DNA from: Geotalea daltonii FRC-32
GTDB lineage: Bacteria > Desulfobacterota > Desulfuromonadia > Geobacterales > Geobacteraceae
Assembly (NCBI RefSeq): GCF_000022265.1
Contig: NC_011979.1
Span: 4,110,001 to 4,142,000, forward strand
Reading direction: 5' to 3'
DNA length: 32,000 nt
Below are positions 31,320 through 32,000 of the stretch, piece after piece. The notes beneath the pieces were generated by a model. It was given only the letters and a program-made list of their open reading frames with translations, did not search any database and was not told where the DNA came from. The position numbers were made by a program, and so were the translations under genes. The stretch's first letter is position 1. Every line of letters begins with the position of its first letter.

Positions 31320-32000
31320 TCAGAACTCCTGAGGCATGGCCTTGACCTGGGCAGCAGTGAATACTGGTCCATCCTTGCAGACGTAGACATTGCCCACATT
31401 GCACCGGCCGCATTTCCCCAGTCCGCATTTCATACGATTTTCCAAGGTCGTATAAATGGCGTCATCCTTGAAGCCCAGCTTTTCCAGCACCGGCAGGGTA
31501 AATTTGATCATAATCGGCGGGCCACAGACCAGGCCAATCGTGTTTTCTGCGGCAGGGGCGGCCTCTTCCAGGATGGTGGGCACAAAGCCGACCTTGCCGT
31601 CCCATTCAGGGCCATTTCCACCCGGATCCACCGTCTTCACCAGCTTCACGTCCCCCCGCTCCTGCCAATCCTTCAATTCCTGCTTATAGACAAGATCGGC
31701 CTCGGTGCGGGCACCATAGACTATGGTGATGTCGCCGAACTTGTCACGCCAGTCGAGACAGTTCCAGATCACTGTCCGTAAGGGGGGAAGCGCTATTCCT
31801 CCCGCCACAAAAACCAGGTTCTTGCCGAAGAACTGCTCGATGGGAAAGGAGTTGCCGTAGGGGCCGCGCACGCCGATGGTTTCACCCACCTCAAGCCGGC
31901 GCAGGGCTTCGGTAACCCTACCGGTGGCCCTGAAACAACACTCGACGAAACCCTTGCGGGTGGGGGAAGAGGCGATGCAGAAAGTGGACTCGCCGGCGCC
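31320..32000 (-). CDS. FAD/NAD(P)-binding oxidoreductase with a C-terminal [2Fe-2S] motif (PyrK / AsrB / hydrogenase-gamma-like); the 5' end lies outside the window
   Basis: The frame stays open to position 32000 (…GESTFCIASSPTRKGFVECCFRATGRVTEAL…). Motifs GGIALPP and CGLGKCGRCNVG...C. Confidence 0.85.
   Translation of the reverse strand, partial: GAGESTFCIASSPTRKGFVECCFRATGRVTEALRRLEVGETIGVRGPYGNSFPIEQFFGKNLVFVAGGIALPPLRTVIWNCLDWRDKFGDITIVYGARTEADLVYKQELKDWQERGDVKLVKTVDPGGNGPEWDGKVGFVPTILEEAAPAAENTIGLVCGPPIMIKFTLPVLEKLGFKDDAIYTTLENRMKCGLGKCGRCNVGNVYVCKDGPVFTAAQVKAMPQEF

Overview
Mostly ordinary chromosomal DNA. Gene content suggests a Geobacter/Desulfuromonadales-type deltaproteobacterium: many che and two-component genes, HD-GYP, an MJ0042 zinc-ribbon protein and sigma-54 wiring. 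That taxonomic call is inference only. Reading left to right: (1) The tail of a sigma-54 enhancer-binding protein gene. (2) A recognisable sigma-54 control region. (3) A tightly coupled chemosensory operon, STAS-cheA-cheW-mcp-cheR-cheB, with no cheY. (4) A frameshifted relic of a histidine-kinase 3' end fused to the end of cheB and still start/stop-coupled to an intact single-domain response regulator. (5) A visibly AT-richer PAS histidine kinase, a 162-bp palindromic MITE-like element, AT-rich non-coding DNA and tRNA-Ala(CGC). (6) A minus-strand string of radA, dksA and a double-GAF histidine kinase. (7) A translationally coupled HEAT-repeat/HD-GYP gene pair sharing a paralogous N-terminal module, plus a second HEAT protein and a small membrane protein. 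(8) A stand-alone fabH whose 3' end overlaps a divergent CheR-like methyltransferase. (9) mfd, two parvulin-type PPIases, a (GTGATTG)n heptamer microsatellite, a CbpA-like J-protein and protoporphyrinogen oxidase. (10) A monocistronic zinc-ribbon protein, a DUF4139-like secreted protein and a partial FAD/NAD/[2Fe-2S] oxidoreductase. I found no CRISPR array, integrase, transposase, reverse transcriptase or recognisable defence or toxin-antitoxin genes. The most novel-looking items are the HEAT/HD-GYP shared-module pair, the STAS-headed CheY-less che operon next to the kinase relic, the palindromic element beside the tRNA, and the heptamer array. All functional calls rest on motif recognition by eye and need HMM/BLAST confirmation.
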